A stretch of DNA of 62,981 nucleotides, counting the filler, from Dirinaria sp. TL-2023a (Eukaryota), in assembly GCA_051941275.1 (NCBI GenBank). It is 4 parts of 4 records of this genome, joined end to end, with 100 filler letters (N's around TTAATTAATTAA, not from the genome) between each part and the next. Parts side by side here need not be neighbours in the genome. Positions count along the whole stretch, not along the records: positions 31,567 to 47,230 come from JAVEBF010000535.1; positions 47,331 to 62,981 come from JAVEBF010000536.1; 2 more parts are not named here. The stretch is one strand, 5' to 3'. The translations under genes were made by a program, and so were the position numbers. The notes below the pieces were generated by a model. It was given only the letters and a program-made list of their open reading frames with translations, searched no databases and was not told where the DNA came from. Shown piece by piece: positions 38,730 to 51,296 of this stretch (positions within the stretch are counted from its first letter, which is position 1; the number at the start of each line of letters is the position of its first letter).

Positions 38730-39080
38730 TTGCGGCGGGCCAATTAATGAAGGATACACTCACGAGAGAAAGACTCTTCGCAATTTTTTACCACACTTTA
38801 TAAATAAAATTTCGTCAAAAGCAAGCTCAAATAGAGCCACAAATCCGGCCTACAAAAACTGCCGACTGATCAACTATATATAATATAAAGAACTACATTC
38901 TACGAAAAGTCTCTGTCATTTTCACCACGCTTTATAAAGGTGAAGACCAATGTTCCGCAACTCAAGAGAAAACCCTTTGGAACTGCGGCGGGTTCAAATT
39001 AACGAAGGATAGATACTCTCACGAAACTCTGTCTGTCCCTTTTTTTACCACGCTTTATAAAGCTGAAGACAATATCCTGA
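38730..39080. repeat. Three degenerate ~125-135-bp repeats (relic TPR units)
   Basis: Core accac(a/g)ctttataaa at 38790, 38924 and 39047 (spacing 134 and 123 nt), with shared flanks. Confidence 0.75.
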
Positions 39081-42000
39081 ATTCCGTTGAAACCTTCAGA
39101 ATTATTTTCGTTGACGAAACATACCAATTCGACGACTTGAAAACGATTTTACCAAGCACGAGGAGTGGAGATGGAATACGAAGATCGGCACATACCTCCT
39201 TCGCCCGCTACTAATCAGCGTGCGTGTGTGGGGAGTAAATTTCACGAATCCATCAACCGCTCAATAAAAAATTCTTAGGTAATCCGCCAAAAAGAGCAAA
39301 GACTTCATAAAGACACTCAAGACTATCTGCACCAGCATCGTCTCGAAGAGACAATTACGAGTCGATCGTCTATGTCTCTTTTAACTTTTTTTGAGAGGCA
39401 GATGCGATAGTTCGAGAAGTCAGAGTCATCAGCAAGCTGAGTTTGTAGTGCACGCGTCACTGCTAGCAGCGTTGACCTCAAGACGACTGGGTAGAACGTG
39501 AGCGATCAATCACTAAGCTTGTCTGTCCGGAAAAGTCAATTCCCTCCAGAACCCAGTCTCAAAAAACAGCTAGGACAAATCCGATTTTGTGGAGAGGCGG
39601 GTTGTGGAGTGCTAATGTGCAGCATGAGGTGACGACTTGAAATAACATGCCCGGTTTCAATACGTGATCGTCCACAAGACGTTATATTGTCCTCGTGATC
39701 GAAAGACCATCCCAAATTTCAATGCGTGAATGAGTGCGGATGTTGCAAGGCTGGGCGACCATAGATGATATCAAGTCTTGACTGATCTTACGTGGCTGAG
39801 AGAGGATAGGATTCTGGATATCCGGAGCGGATTTCAAGGTAATTTAATCGTCTGCAGGATTAACGACAAAATCAACTCGTATCTTACCTTGTTTTTAAAT
39901 TCAGAAATTCGAAAGTCCGTGTTTTCGGATTTGAATCTATCACCCAAGCATCCCTCAAATTTTCAAGGTACTTCACCGTCTAATGTCTATTTCCTTTCGT
40001 AACGAAATCTATTGCATCGCCTCAAGAGATCGATAACCGTGCCAGACCAGAGACAAAATGCTCAGTGAATATGAGCTAATCAAAACCAAAAGGGCCAGGA
40101 ATTCAACACGACGACGGGAAACAGTAGACTCAGGAATGGGAGCAATTGAATCAGGGCAGGTATCATTTTTTGGAACCATGGTAGTATAATGATGATGATT
40201 CGACGGGCATGCGACAGATGATCAATTATTGCGATTCGATGTTCGAGGAATACTGTTGTAGCATAGATCTCGAGGATCCTATCGGGCAGGCGATCATGAG
40301 AGAAGGAATCATCAAAAAACAAAAAGCTGAAGAGAACGCTCAAAAATACGCTCAGCCTCAAGGGAGAGGCTCTACTTTGACATGTCCATGGAAGAATTAA
40401 TATGTAAAATCCATCTCAAGCGATCTTATTGTTGTGGAGAAGAATGCTGAAACGTCAGTCTTAGTGATAGAATATATGTCATGAACTGCTTGTTGACGGA
40501 ATCAAGATTTTTCTCTTTTCCCCCTCTGCTTTTTCCAAGATCAGATTTCACCTTCTTTTTCTTCTTTGCCTTTGTTTCCACGTATCAGTGGTCTGATTCA
40601 TTTTCGAGCTGCAAACATCTGTGGGAGACTGCATAGTATTGAACAGAAAACCTTATCAACATCTTGCCGTCCTGATGTTTCACTGAGACATTGACGATCT
40701 GAAGATTAAGCCATTAGAAGCCGAGCTTGCTGGAGTTTTCCGACAGCAAGTCGGAAACATTGTCGGAATTTACGGATCCGAGACATTGCCGTCACAGTAT
40801 AATACCCGGCTCAACTTTTTTTTAACCAACTTCTTCTCCATTAACTTTTGAATTTCAAGCGTCTCCTCACTTCTGCGGAGATTCAATCCAAGTACCGCGC
40901 CAGGCTGCCAAAAGAAGCATGGAAGATGCTGTGCATCCATGAATGGAAGGAAGCAGCACTGTATGTTGCCCCCATTTTTATTCAATCTTCGGTGTCGGAC
41001 AGATTCACTGTGTGACTTAGCTTTCTAATACACCGCTTTGACTCCAGTTTCCTTCCTACTGGACAGTGTTGTTTCAAGAATGCTCATGAACAACTTACAA
41101 ACTCCCTCACCAGCAACATCCAAATCTCCTAAACAGGGAACGAAAGTCAGGAAGTTATCAACAGACAACAAACAGGCATGGCACCTGGTTGTGTGCTTCC
41201 GTTTTGTTTTTCACAGACTGCATCATAGAGGCCACTCACAGCAAATGATGGTTGATCTTTGACCTCAGCACACTGTGTCTTAGCGACTTGATGTGAGTCT
41301 GTCTAAGAGTGTGAAAGCATCACTCAACAGACAGTCGTTTATCGCCACAGGCAAGATATAACGGCATCAGATTCTGTGAACGCATTCGTGGCAGAGTTAA
41401 TCTCTATATCCTCCAAATTTGCATGGGCATCCACTGGATGCATGTGTGCAAAGCTTCCTTCCTGACAGGCCCATGACTTTTCTTATAGGAAGACCTGACT
41501 GAGGACAATCTTGCGATAGATCAAGAGGATTAATCTGACGCGCGATAACACGCCAAGGTTCTTCAGATATTGCGTATTTTATCTGTTTGCTATTTTTCGG
41601 CTCCCCGACACAAATTCTCTGCCCTTCCAATGGAGAGAAGCCGCTCGCCTTTGCTTTCCTCCGCTTAACGCACTTCAAGATAGCGGACATAAGATCGATT
41701 TTATGGAAAGTCAAGCTGCAAGCTGGTTCCCTTTCACAGCTTCATTGACATGGCTGGCTGTGGTCCTAATCCGAAGCGCTGCCGACCTCGCTGACAAGTC
41801 TGATATCATAATCAAGAGCAATATTCTCGAGCAACACGAATATGGGGCCAATATCACCCTCGGTGCCTGCGACTCGAAGCTCAATGCCGCTGGCATAGAA
41901 ATGAAGATCCCCCATCGAGGAGGTCATCGGCGACTCCGTCTTACGACGGGCCGTGATCGGCTCATACACCGTCGACCCAACGAGAATGCGATCTTCAAAT

Positions 42001-44225
42001 GTTACCACTTTAAGAAAGCCATCCCACTCTCGCAGACCAATGCCCATGAACGAAGGGCTTTCTGGGGGGCATCAGTTGCCCCAGCCGACATCCACCCCTT
42101 CGTGCCCTTCTAGGGGCTTAAGGATGCAGAGGCAAGGGAAACGGTTTGGGAGGAGTTGCAAGTCGGGAGGATGACTGATGGCTGAGGCTTCAAGGACTAT
42201 CAAGTCATGCCCGCCAACTAGAGCGCGGGCGTTGGGAGCCCAAAGCTTTTTATTCCTTCTTGCTGTGGTCGATCATTGCGCAGCTCTAGGAGTTGCAAAG
42301 CAGACGCCACTCCCTACTTCCTCTACCAACGAATTCACTGAGGCCAATGAGGGCATCCGATTACGCTCAACACTTTATCCTGGATCTTCGACATCAGCCA
42401 AGAAAGGAGGGTCACCAAGCTCCCTTCCCGTCAAAAAGAATAAGAAAAAAGAGATAAAGAGAAATAGAGAAAGGAATCGGGAAGTCAGAGGACATATGTA
42501 CTACCGACTCCTTGCATTCGGGTTTCCACGAGTCTAGTCGAGAAAGATTGACAAGATTCGGTACTGTTCTGCTCTCTTCGTCAAGGATTTTCAAGACCGA
42601 GCGGCAGAAATAGAATTCTTCAAACCAGCAATCAAGCTTGACGACGTTCTATCGGAGCCGAACGGACAGATTTGGGTCATGCAGCACGGCGGCCGCAAAG
42701 CAGAGCTTCATCGAGGTCGAGCGGAGTTGTCCGTAATGCAGGAAACGAACTGAATGATCTTTGCCAACCGCTTGAAGACCAGTACCTCTTCCTTCTGGTA
42801 ATACCTACGCTGCTAGTCCCAGCTCAGATAACGGCTGACACATTGCCAGATATTGGGGAAATTTTGCATAGGTGCACCAGGAACCTGCCTTTCGTGGAAC
42901 CTACGGGATTAGAGGAACGGGTGTGATACAATTAGGTGACGGGCCTCGTTCGAAGGAGGATGGGTCGCGAAAGGTCCCAGCTAGGTCCACTTCAGCGCTG
43001 ACGCCCGCCTCCGCAACAGGCTCTGGAAAGTGGTCGATATCGATGCCTGGTGGTCTTCCAAAACCCTCCAGGAAGCACACAAGGCAGGGCAGGTGGTCCC
43101 AGTGGTGTAGTGCAAGGCCAACAGATGGAATATTATCGGTCCGAGAAATGCGCAAACCTACATTACGATACAGACTGCAACCATTGATAGTACCTAAGGA
43201 CTTGATATAAGATTACCGGTCTCTTGATCTCTATGCGGCGCAAGCTGTTCATAGTTGGATTTCAAAGGCGCAAGAATTTACATAGACGGAACCCCAGCTT
43301 TGAAATAAACGCTTACTATAGAATCATCCACCTCCAATGATTCGTAGAACTGTTCATGAGAGCTATCCATATCGAAGTGCCCAGTACTCCGTAAACTGTG
43401 ATTGAGAAATGTTTTCACTGATAAGACATGTACATATGTCATGCAGATGGATCAAAGCTGAATACTGCACCTTCCTGTCCCACATGCATGTATTCGGCGG
43501 GGTATTTGCTTGAAAAACATCGAGCGTTCATGTATCCTCTTTCGCATCTAAAAACTTATTGCGATAGCTGCTAACAGTGTTCCATGCCATTGTGTATTGT
43601 ACAAAGCCTTTCGTGATCAGCCCCAGTTCTACCAATAGTATATACAGTACATCGTGGGAAGGAACCTCAAACACTCGAATGTGCTGATTCAACGCAGTGG
43701 CCAGGGAAGGTTTCGGTTCCTTGAATCCTTCGAAACTAATGTCGCTTGTTTTCCCTTTCCGACAAGCGTGCGGAAAGGTGAAGGTTGCGCATATGCAGGG
43801 TTAGTTGTTCTTCAGAGTGAAAGCCGACCGAGAGCACCTCTAGAGCACTAGCTAGAGCAGGGTTCACCAAATGGCCGAGATCTCAGACGTGCTACAGAGT
43901 ACTCGTACTCGACGTGGTGCCAATCTATTTGCGCCGCCCGAAACCATGTTAGGCTTTCACTACTGTTCAAATTGCCCTGCTCAACATTTCAATCCTTTCA
44001 ATTGAGCCGTCTCCATCCATTGCACATGATCAATGGCTCGTCGAAAATGTCCGAGAAGGCCCCTCCACCGTCTTTACACCTCCCTCTACAACCCATGTAA
44101 TTGACCGTCACCACGCCACTTCTGCGCTTCCGTTCGCCGATCTATGTAACGCACGGGTCACGAAATCTGCAAAGCTATCGCCAACGACGTGCAAAGATCG
44201 AGGAGGAGCTTGATTCAACCTCGCC

Positions 44226-46951
44226 ATGCAGCTCGCAACATCCTACACCACTCACATGCCTTCGGGTCTGCCGTCGCCTACGCTCACCAACCCAGACATG
44301 ATCCTACCTTTCGACTCTCCCTCGCCCGCCTCGGCTTCGAGGAGAGCGCAGCGCAACCCCTCTCCGCCGCCGTTTGACGAGATAGGTAATTTTCACAGCG
44401 CTGAAGAACATGGTGCAGATGAGATGAAAAGCGCCGTGCGCAAATTGCTCCCCAATGGCGATGGGGCTAGGCTTCGGAAACCCCGACAAGAGAATGGAAC
44501 GTTGGAAAAAGCGAAAAGATCGAGGAACAGTCGCTCACCGCCAGACCACGCAGCAAATGGATTTCACGTGCTTGCATCTTCCCCGATCATCAATAGCGAC
44601 GACGCCAGACCAATTGAAACCCTGGCGACCCTGAATGGCAACGACAGGAGCCACTGGAACAAGCCGTATAACATGGCAGACAGGGATGCAAGCAGCCCTC
44701 ATTCAGAAGATTCACAAGATGGGGTGGATCTGAGTCGCCCGACTTATAGTTTTCCCTCGTTAGATAATGAAAAGGATGGCTTCAGCGCCCCACCAGAGGT
44801 GGAGGATGAAGATTCGTACTCTCATGCCGCCATGAGTATTAGAGCTGAACAGATATTGGCCAATGCCAAAAAACGACTCACAGTAAGCCCAAGTTACGCT
44901 CCCTCTCTGTGTGCTGCAATACTAAATCAAGTCAGAACATGGAGGGAAATCTCAATCGCGCCAGAGGCACTCTACAAAGTCGACCTTCATCGTCTATGTC
45001 TTACACAAATCAAAGCCATGAGGCAGTTTCAATGTATTCTCTACCGCCAATGAGATCTGCCCCTCTGAGACATCGGCAAACGAACACACCGCCCACCGTT
45101 GGGGGCCAAAAGGGACATGCTCGGGTCTTTAGCGAAACATCGGTTCCTTCAACTCTCAACACACCTGCACAGCGGGATATAGCTGAATCACAAGCTCCAA
45201 GGTCTTTGAGTGCGCTTGGTTCGAGCTCGGCGGAAGCTGCTGGAGGAAACAGCCCTGAGAAGGCGAGGAATTGGTTCTGGACAGGTCTCGCACGGAATAC
45301 AAGCCATGCTCAGAAACACACCTACTTGCTCGAAGCGGTCGATGAAGATGGACCTGCTCCCGCATCCTTTGAAACTTCATCACCTCCATCAGGTGATGTA
45401 ATACTAGAAGAAGACGAAGAACAAGAAGAAGAGCAAGAAGCAGAAAAGGCCACTGGAGGTGATGATCGGGCCAGAAATACAGCTGCCTTTGAATCGCAAG
45501 TTCAGCCTGCACATGGACTGACCAGAGCTCGCTCAACCAACCAAATGCGAGACTTACGAGATCAAATGCAAGACCTGAAAGGCAAAATCTCTTCCCTGAA
45601 GGAAAGGGCACGAAAAGACTCGCTGCGAAGGCGTAGCCTGCAAAGTCTACGGACACCATCTCCTTTCACCGCGGCCGAGCAGTGGTATGCTGGCACGCCG
45701 CCACTCCAATCACAGCCAGCCACAAGTCAAAACAGTCATATAGAATCTGGTGGTGAAGCCACAGGCTCATCTAGGGATGAAGCGCGAGGCGAACATGCCA
45801 GTAGAGGTCTTGAATCTGGAGTACTACAGCAAGCAGGCACAGAATCCGATGAGTCCAGTTTTGACCTTACCCCTAGCAACGACACCGAGATGCCAGCACC
45901 ACAGCCTGACATCGAAGGAGCCGGAGAGCAGTCGGCCTCTGACCGAAACGGAGCTCAACCGCCAAGTGTAACAGAAGACGATGGGCATCATCAGCATGAA
46001 ATGGAAATTCAAGATCCCGGTGCGGACATAGAAGCGGACAGTTTGTATGGTGATCACGACTATCATGAGGCCTCCCTCTCACCGATCGGTGAAAGGCACG
46101 AAGATCGTCCTGACGCGTTTGACTACGAGCACTTCTTCCTCCACAGCGGGACCGGCACCTTAGCACGCAAGGGTTCCAACCGAAGCAGCAGCAACAGCTC
46201 CACCTTTTCCGTGGAAACCACCAAACCCAGTAACGTCAATAACCGTCTGGACATGATGGAGGACGAGGATGCAGATTCCGCCACGCACGGATCCCTCAAA
46301 CGAAGGACATCGTCCAAGCAAAAAGCGCACTCGAGGAACAACAGCATCACCTCGGTCTCCACCGTCGCCACCTTCGCCACGGCCACAGAAGGGAAAGGAG
46401 GCTTCGAACTCGACGAAGGCGAAGAAGCAGCAAGCGAAGACGACGAATGGGTCCTCCACCACCCCATCGCAGGCTCCTGGCAACCGGATCGCTCAACCAC
46501 CACCACAAAGCGCAAGATCGCCGCCGCCAACAACAACAACAACAACAACGAGCCCTCCCAAAACGGTGCCGCCGGCGGCGGCAAGAGACACGCAACCGCG
46601 ACGAGAATAATGCCCTCCACGCAATCGAACCCGGTGCCTGCGGTCCCCTCGCCTTATCGCGCTGAACAACGTCCTCCTCCACATGATTCCACCAAGTCTG
46701 GAGATTTGCTCGCCGTGCTGGAGGCGGCGTTACCGCCCCATGATGATGGGGATAATGGTGATGGAAGGTTGCAGCTCAGCGAAGGCGATCGGGATCTGGT
46801 CGATCGCTTGATCAAGAGCCTGGCGATCGTGTGCGCCGAGATCCGGAGGAAGGGTGCGGCGGGGAGTAAATACGAGGAAAGGCTCTGCCGGAGACGGTTG
46901 GATGCGGCGCGACGGGTGTTGGATGGGGAGATGAATGGGGAGCCGTTTTGA
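44226..46951 (+). CDS. Conserved fungal, largely disordered protein, 2 exons
   Basis: GLPSPTLTNPDMILP; RAEQILANAKKRLT, intron, MEGNLNRAR; QMRDLRDQMQDLKGKISSLKERA; RHEDRPDAFDYEHFFLHS; RRRLDAARRVLDG; poly-Asn (AAC)n tract. Confidence 0.88.
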
Positions 46952-47230
46952 ATTGAACGGCTGTTTTCAAAAAAAAAAGAAATAAGGGAAAGAAGAGAAG
47001 AGGGTTGGGGGGTTGTATAAATCGAAAGAGGGAGATGAAAACTACATACGTACTTAACCCGCCTACATAAAATGTGTAAAAGACGCCGAGAGTTTGATTC
47101 AATGTTTAATGGATTTTGATCCGGAGATTTATGTGTTTATACATATATATGAGTGAAAAGTAAAGTAATGGTTGCCGGGGGTTATGAAATCTTCATAAAC
47201 TTTTACATACTTTACCTTCCGTCTTTGCAT

Positions 47231-47330
47231 NNNNNNNNNNNNNNNNNNNNNNNNNNNNNNNNNNNNNNNNNNNNTTAATTAATTAANNNNNNNNNNNNNN
47301 NNNNNNNNNNNNNNNNNNNNNNNNNNNNNN
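47231..47330. other. Artificial scaffold/contig linker
   Basis: N44-TTAATTAATTAA-N44. Confidence 0.97.
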
Positions 47331-47626
47331 GTTGCATGATAGGCTGGTTGGGTTTTGCTGAAAGTGTGTTTGAATGGAAACGGGGATTTTTATTTTTATT
47401 TTTCACTGCCTTGATACCTACCTTACTCGGCGATTTAGCTGCGATAAGGTAAGGTACATGTCTTATTCAGAAGGCTAGCTATTATGATGGAGATCGAGAT
47501 GATTTGTTCTGAATGGGATAGCCAATTTCCGCATATCACACGGTGCACTCCAGTAGCTTGAAAAAAAAAAAAAAAACCACCCAAGAAAAAAGAAGAGTAG
47601 GATTCTTACTTAAAAGTAAATTCAAT

Positions 47627-49697
47627 TCAATCATCGAACCCCCCAAACTCCTCCCTCTGCAGAACCTCCTCCTCCCTCCTCCGTCTCCTCACCTCCTCAA
47701 TCAAATCTTCCAGTCTCATTTTCTTCGCCTTCTCCTCCTCATTCAAAGTAGCCCACTCCTTCCCTTCCCGCCTCACCTTTTTTTTCTCTCTTCTTTTTAT
47801 CCTTTCCTCCTTTCCTTCTACTTTCTTACTCCACGCCTTTTTCCTCTTTCTCCCGGCTTCTTTATTATTATGATCCCCTTTACCCTCCTCCGCTCCTGCC
47901 TGCAATCTCAAATTCTCTTTTTGTCGATCGAGGTACCTATAGATTGAAAAATCGATATTCAAAAGATTTAAGGATAGGTCGGGTTTGTAAGTGGAGGCTG
48001 CTAGTTCGGGCATTTTGGGGAGCTTTAGTAGTGCCCACGCGTTGGCGAGATCTATCCAGTCGAGCTCGGCGACGCGGAATATATGTGAGGCTTGGTGCTT
48101 GCGGTAGCTTTGCACCCAGCTTGGGAACGCGCGCTGCGCTTTGTCGTGCAGTGCGCGGTCGCGAAGGACGGTTTCTCGCATTTTTGATGTTGCTGCTGCT
48201 GCGGCGGCGGAGGTTTCTTCCGGGGGGATATGGATTGGAGGAGAAGCGGAGAGATGGAGCGGGGTCACGGGTGTGCCGCGCCGCTCCAGGAAGCCCGGGT
48301 ATTCGTCCGCTTCGCGGCCGGGGGTGAGGAAAACCACGCTTAATCCCTTGCGGCCGGCGCGGCCGGCGCGCCCGCACCTGTGGAGGAAGACTTTGGCGTC
48401 GCTCGGTGGGTCGATCTGGATGACGAGATCGACTTGCGGGATGTCTAATCCTCGCGCGGCGACGTCTGTTGTTAGCAGGATCGAGGGTGTCGTGGAGGTG
48501 GTGTATTTGAGGAAATTTTTTTGCCGTACTTTGGAGGGTTGTTTCCCGTGTAAAGGGATGAGGAGGGTCGGATGTCCGTCGAGGCACGGGAGGATGCTCG
48601 GGAGAATGTGTTGGAAGTAGTCGACTGCTGCGCAGGTGGAGAGGAAGATTATGGTTTTGCCTGGGGTGGGTGAGAGGATGGATAGGAGTTTGCTTATGGT
48701 GGGGAATTTTTGGGATGCGGGCATTACGAGGTAATTCATTTGCAGGCTTTTGTATGTATTAGTGGTTGCGATTTGCAAGGGAAATTCTTATGTTTTCTAG
48801 GTTCGGATGTTGCTGACCTTGAAGGCGTTCGCTTATCCTCTCCACCATCCAGACTTCGAACTTTGACCGTGATTTTCTTGGAATTCCGCAAACCTACCCG
48901 CACAAGCTGATCGACCGCTTCACTGACGCTGGCACTAAACAAGCCCGTCCTTCTCTGCTTCGGCAACCGGCCTAATATCTTCTGCAGGTCTTCCTTGAAA
49001 CCTAGATCCAGCAAACGGTCTGCCTCGTCCAGCACAAGAACTTCGAAAGATGACTGCGGACAATGGACGTGAGAAGAGGATAGCAGCTCCAATAAGCGGC
49101 CGGGTGTGGATATCAGAAGATTTGGAGAATGCTCTAAAAAATAGCTAAGGTCTTGGGCGGTTGTGGTCGTCCCACCAAGCAGTAGCTGGGGTACTATTTT
49201 CAACGCAGATGATGAATAAATTTCTTGCGGTGAAGGGGAACTATTAGGCCCTTCTCCGTCTGTGGCTTCTTGCGGAGGTCTCAGTGCTGCAGCAGATGGT
49301 CCGTGGAAAGCAAGTAGATTTAGTAGCACGCTATGGATTTGCGCCGCAAGTTCCCTACAAGCTAATCAGTCCAGCAATTTTCAGCGTCGCAAAAGTCCTG
49401 GCTTTACCGGGTGGGTGAAATGATAATCGCCCCGATATGATGCTTCTTCAACGGCGCTTCTAACCGCAGTAATCTCTCAATAACGGGAATAAGGTATGCT
49501 AAGGTCTTTCCACTTCCGGTCACCGCTTCAACCACCACATCTCGATGGCGCATGAATTCTGGTATTGTAGAAGCTTGAACTGGTGTCATCCGCTTATAAC
49601 CCATGTCGGAGACGGCGTTCAGGATCCAATCTGCTAGGGGAGGAGTTAAAGCCTCCCATGCTCTGGTTGGGTTTGAGATAGTTGTCGAGGGCGCCAT
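47627..49697 (-). CDS. SPB4: DEAD-box ATP-dependent rRNA helicase Spb4, 3 exons
   Basis: Q motif [77 protein letters not shown]. Confidence 0.95.
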
Positions 49698-49977
49698 TGT
49701 TGGCGAGACAAAATGGCCTACAATCTGGAACAGAGGTAAATTATTTCATTTTTACAGCATAGAAGGCGAGAGCCTCAAGCACCCTTGTGCCTCTTGCTAC
49801 GAAAGTACGGATGACGTCTGTATGGGAGATATTCGCGGCGAAATCTCGGGAAAACTTTTCTTAGCGCAGATTCTCGCGCACAAATTTTCAATGACAAGCG
49901 AGCATCAGATCCCTCTGTCTACAACCAAGTGCATGTCAGTGATAGCTCTCTGACCCCAGGACATCAATACCGCCATC

Positions 49978-50977
49978 ATGGCGCCATCCAATCTTCCTCC
50001 AGTCTTCAATGCTACCTCCCAAGATATCGAGATGCTTCTCGCAGCTCAGTGCCATCTCGGCTCCAAGAACCTCCAAGTCCATATGGAACCCTACCTCTGG
50101 AAGACACGTCCGGACGGCATCAATGTGATCAATATTGGCAAGACCTGGTCAGTGTCAATGCAATGCCCCAATCTCCGATCTCCCTTCAGAATCTCCTATC
50201 TGACGGAAAGTATGGCACAGGGAAAAAATCGTTCTTGCAGCACGCATCATCGCCGCAGTCGATAACCCAGCCGACATAGCCGTCATCTCCGCACGACCCT
50301 ACGGACAGCGTGCGGTGCTCAAATTCGCCGCGCACACCGGTGCCGTCGCCATCGCCGGCCGCTTCACCCCGGGCAATTTCACCAACTACATCACGCGCTC
50401 CTTTAAAGAACCACGTCTGATTGTCGTCACGGACCCGCGCACCGATGCCCAAGCCATTAAGGAAGCGTCTTATGTCAACATCCCCGTCGTTGCTCTCTGC
50501 GACACCGACTCTCCGACCGAATTCGTCGACGTGGCCATCCCGACAAACAACAAAGGGCGGCACGCGATCGGGCTGATCTGGTGGATGCTGGCACGCGAGG
50601 TGCTCCGTCTGCGCGGCACGCTTCAGAGCCGCGAGACCGAGTGGGACGTCATGGTGGATCTGTACTTCTACCGCGATCCCGAGGCGGAAGAGAACAAAGA
50701 CGCTTCGGGAGCCGATGAAGCGAAAGTGCCAGGTGTGGACGACGTCGGACCCCAAGCCGTTGACCAAGGTTTCGGGGGCAATGCCGAGTGGGAAGTCCCG
50801 GCCAATGCTCCCGGTGGTGCGGCGGCTTTCAGCGCGGCTTCGAACACAGCCGGTGCCCAGCCTGGTAGCAGTTGGGAGGCCGATGGCGCTGATTGGGCCG
50901 CCAGCGGCGCTCCGGCTCAGACTGGTAATGATGGATGGAACCCGGAAACTAACAAGGCTGGAGACACTCAGTGGTAG
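49978..50977 (+). CDS. RPS0: 40S ribosomal protein S0 (uS2), 2 exons
   Basis: [24 protein letters not shown], intron, [70 protein letters not shown]. Confidence 0.98.
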
Positions 50978-51296
50978 TTCTCTTTACAAAGGGCGAGTGA
51001 GCATGGGGGTGAAAGTGCGAGAGGTGCATCTGATAGCGCTTACGAGGGAAAGATACTTGATGAGACTTTCATCGAGGGAAAGCCCTGTGCTATGAGATCT
51101 TTGTGGGCTGTACGTAAAGCGCGCCCGACTCTATTACTTTCTGCATGCCTTTTTAGACAACATCGAGACTATTGAACAAACTGGCTACCTACTACCTCCG
51201 CTTTTCAGACCTTTGAAGACACACACGCCGGAGTATATTAGCCATCGCTCACCCGACGACCACTGTACTCAGATTTCAGAAGCAGAGTCCCCAATT

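Larger units (their letters stand above)
38500..40080 (-). pseudogene. Decayed NB-ARC-TPR NLR relic, collinear with the intact NLR at 55-59 kb
   Basis: Minus strand, in order: HFVSG/TVIDLLR; P-loop relic EGCLGDRFKSE..EFKNK followed by GTAAG (similar intron position to the intact NLR); GWSFDHEDN (Walker B); GHVISSRH; STLLAVTRA; then three TPR relics L*SVVK, one followed by H*LARRNY. Confidence 0.55.

Noticed and set aside
38730..39080. CRISPR-like spaced repeats
   Set aside because: Fungal context, degenerate units, ~130-nt period and no cas genes; better explained as TPR relics.
31567..43500. Starship element or endogenous virus
   Set aside because: No recognisable tyrosine recombinase captain gene, viral hallmark gene or terminal repeats.
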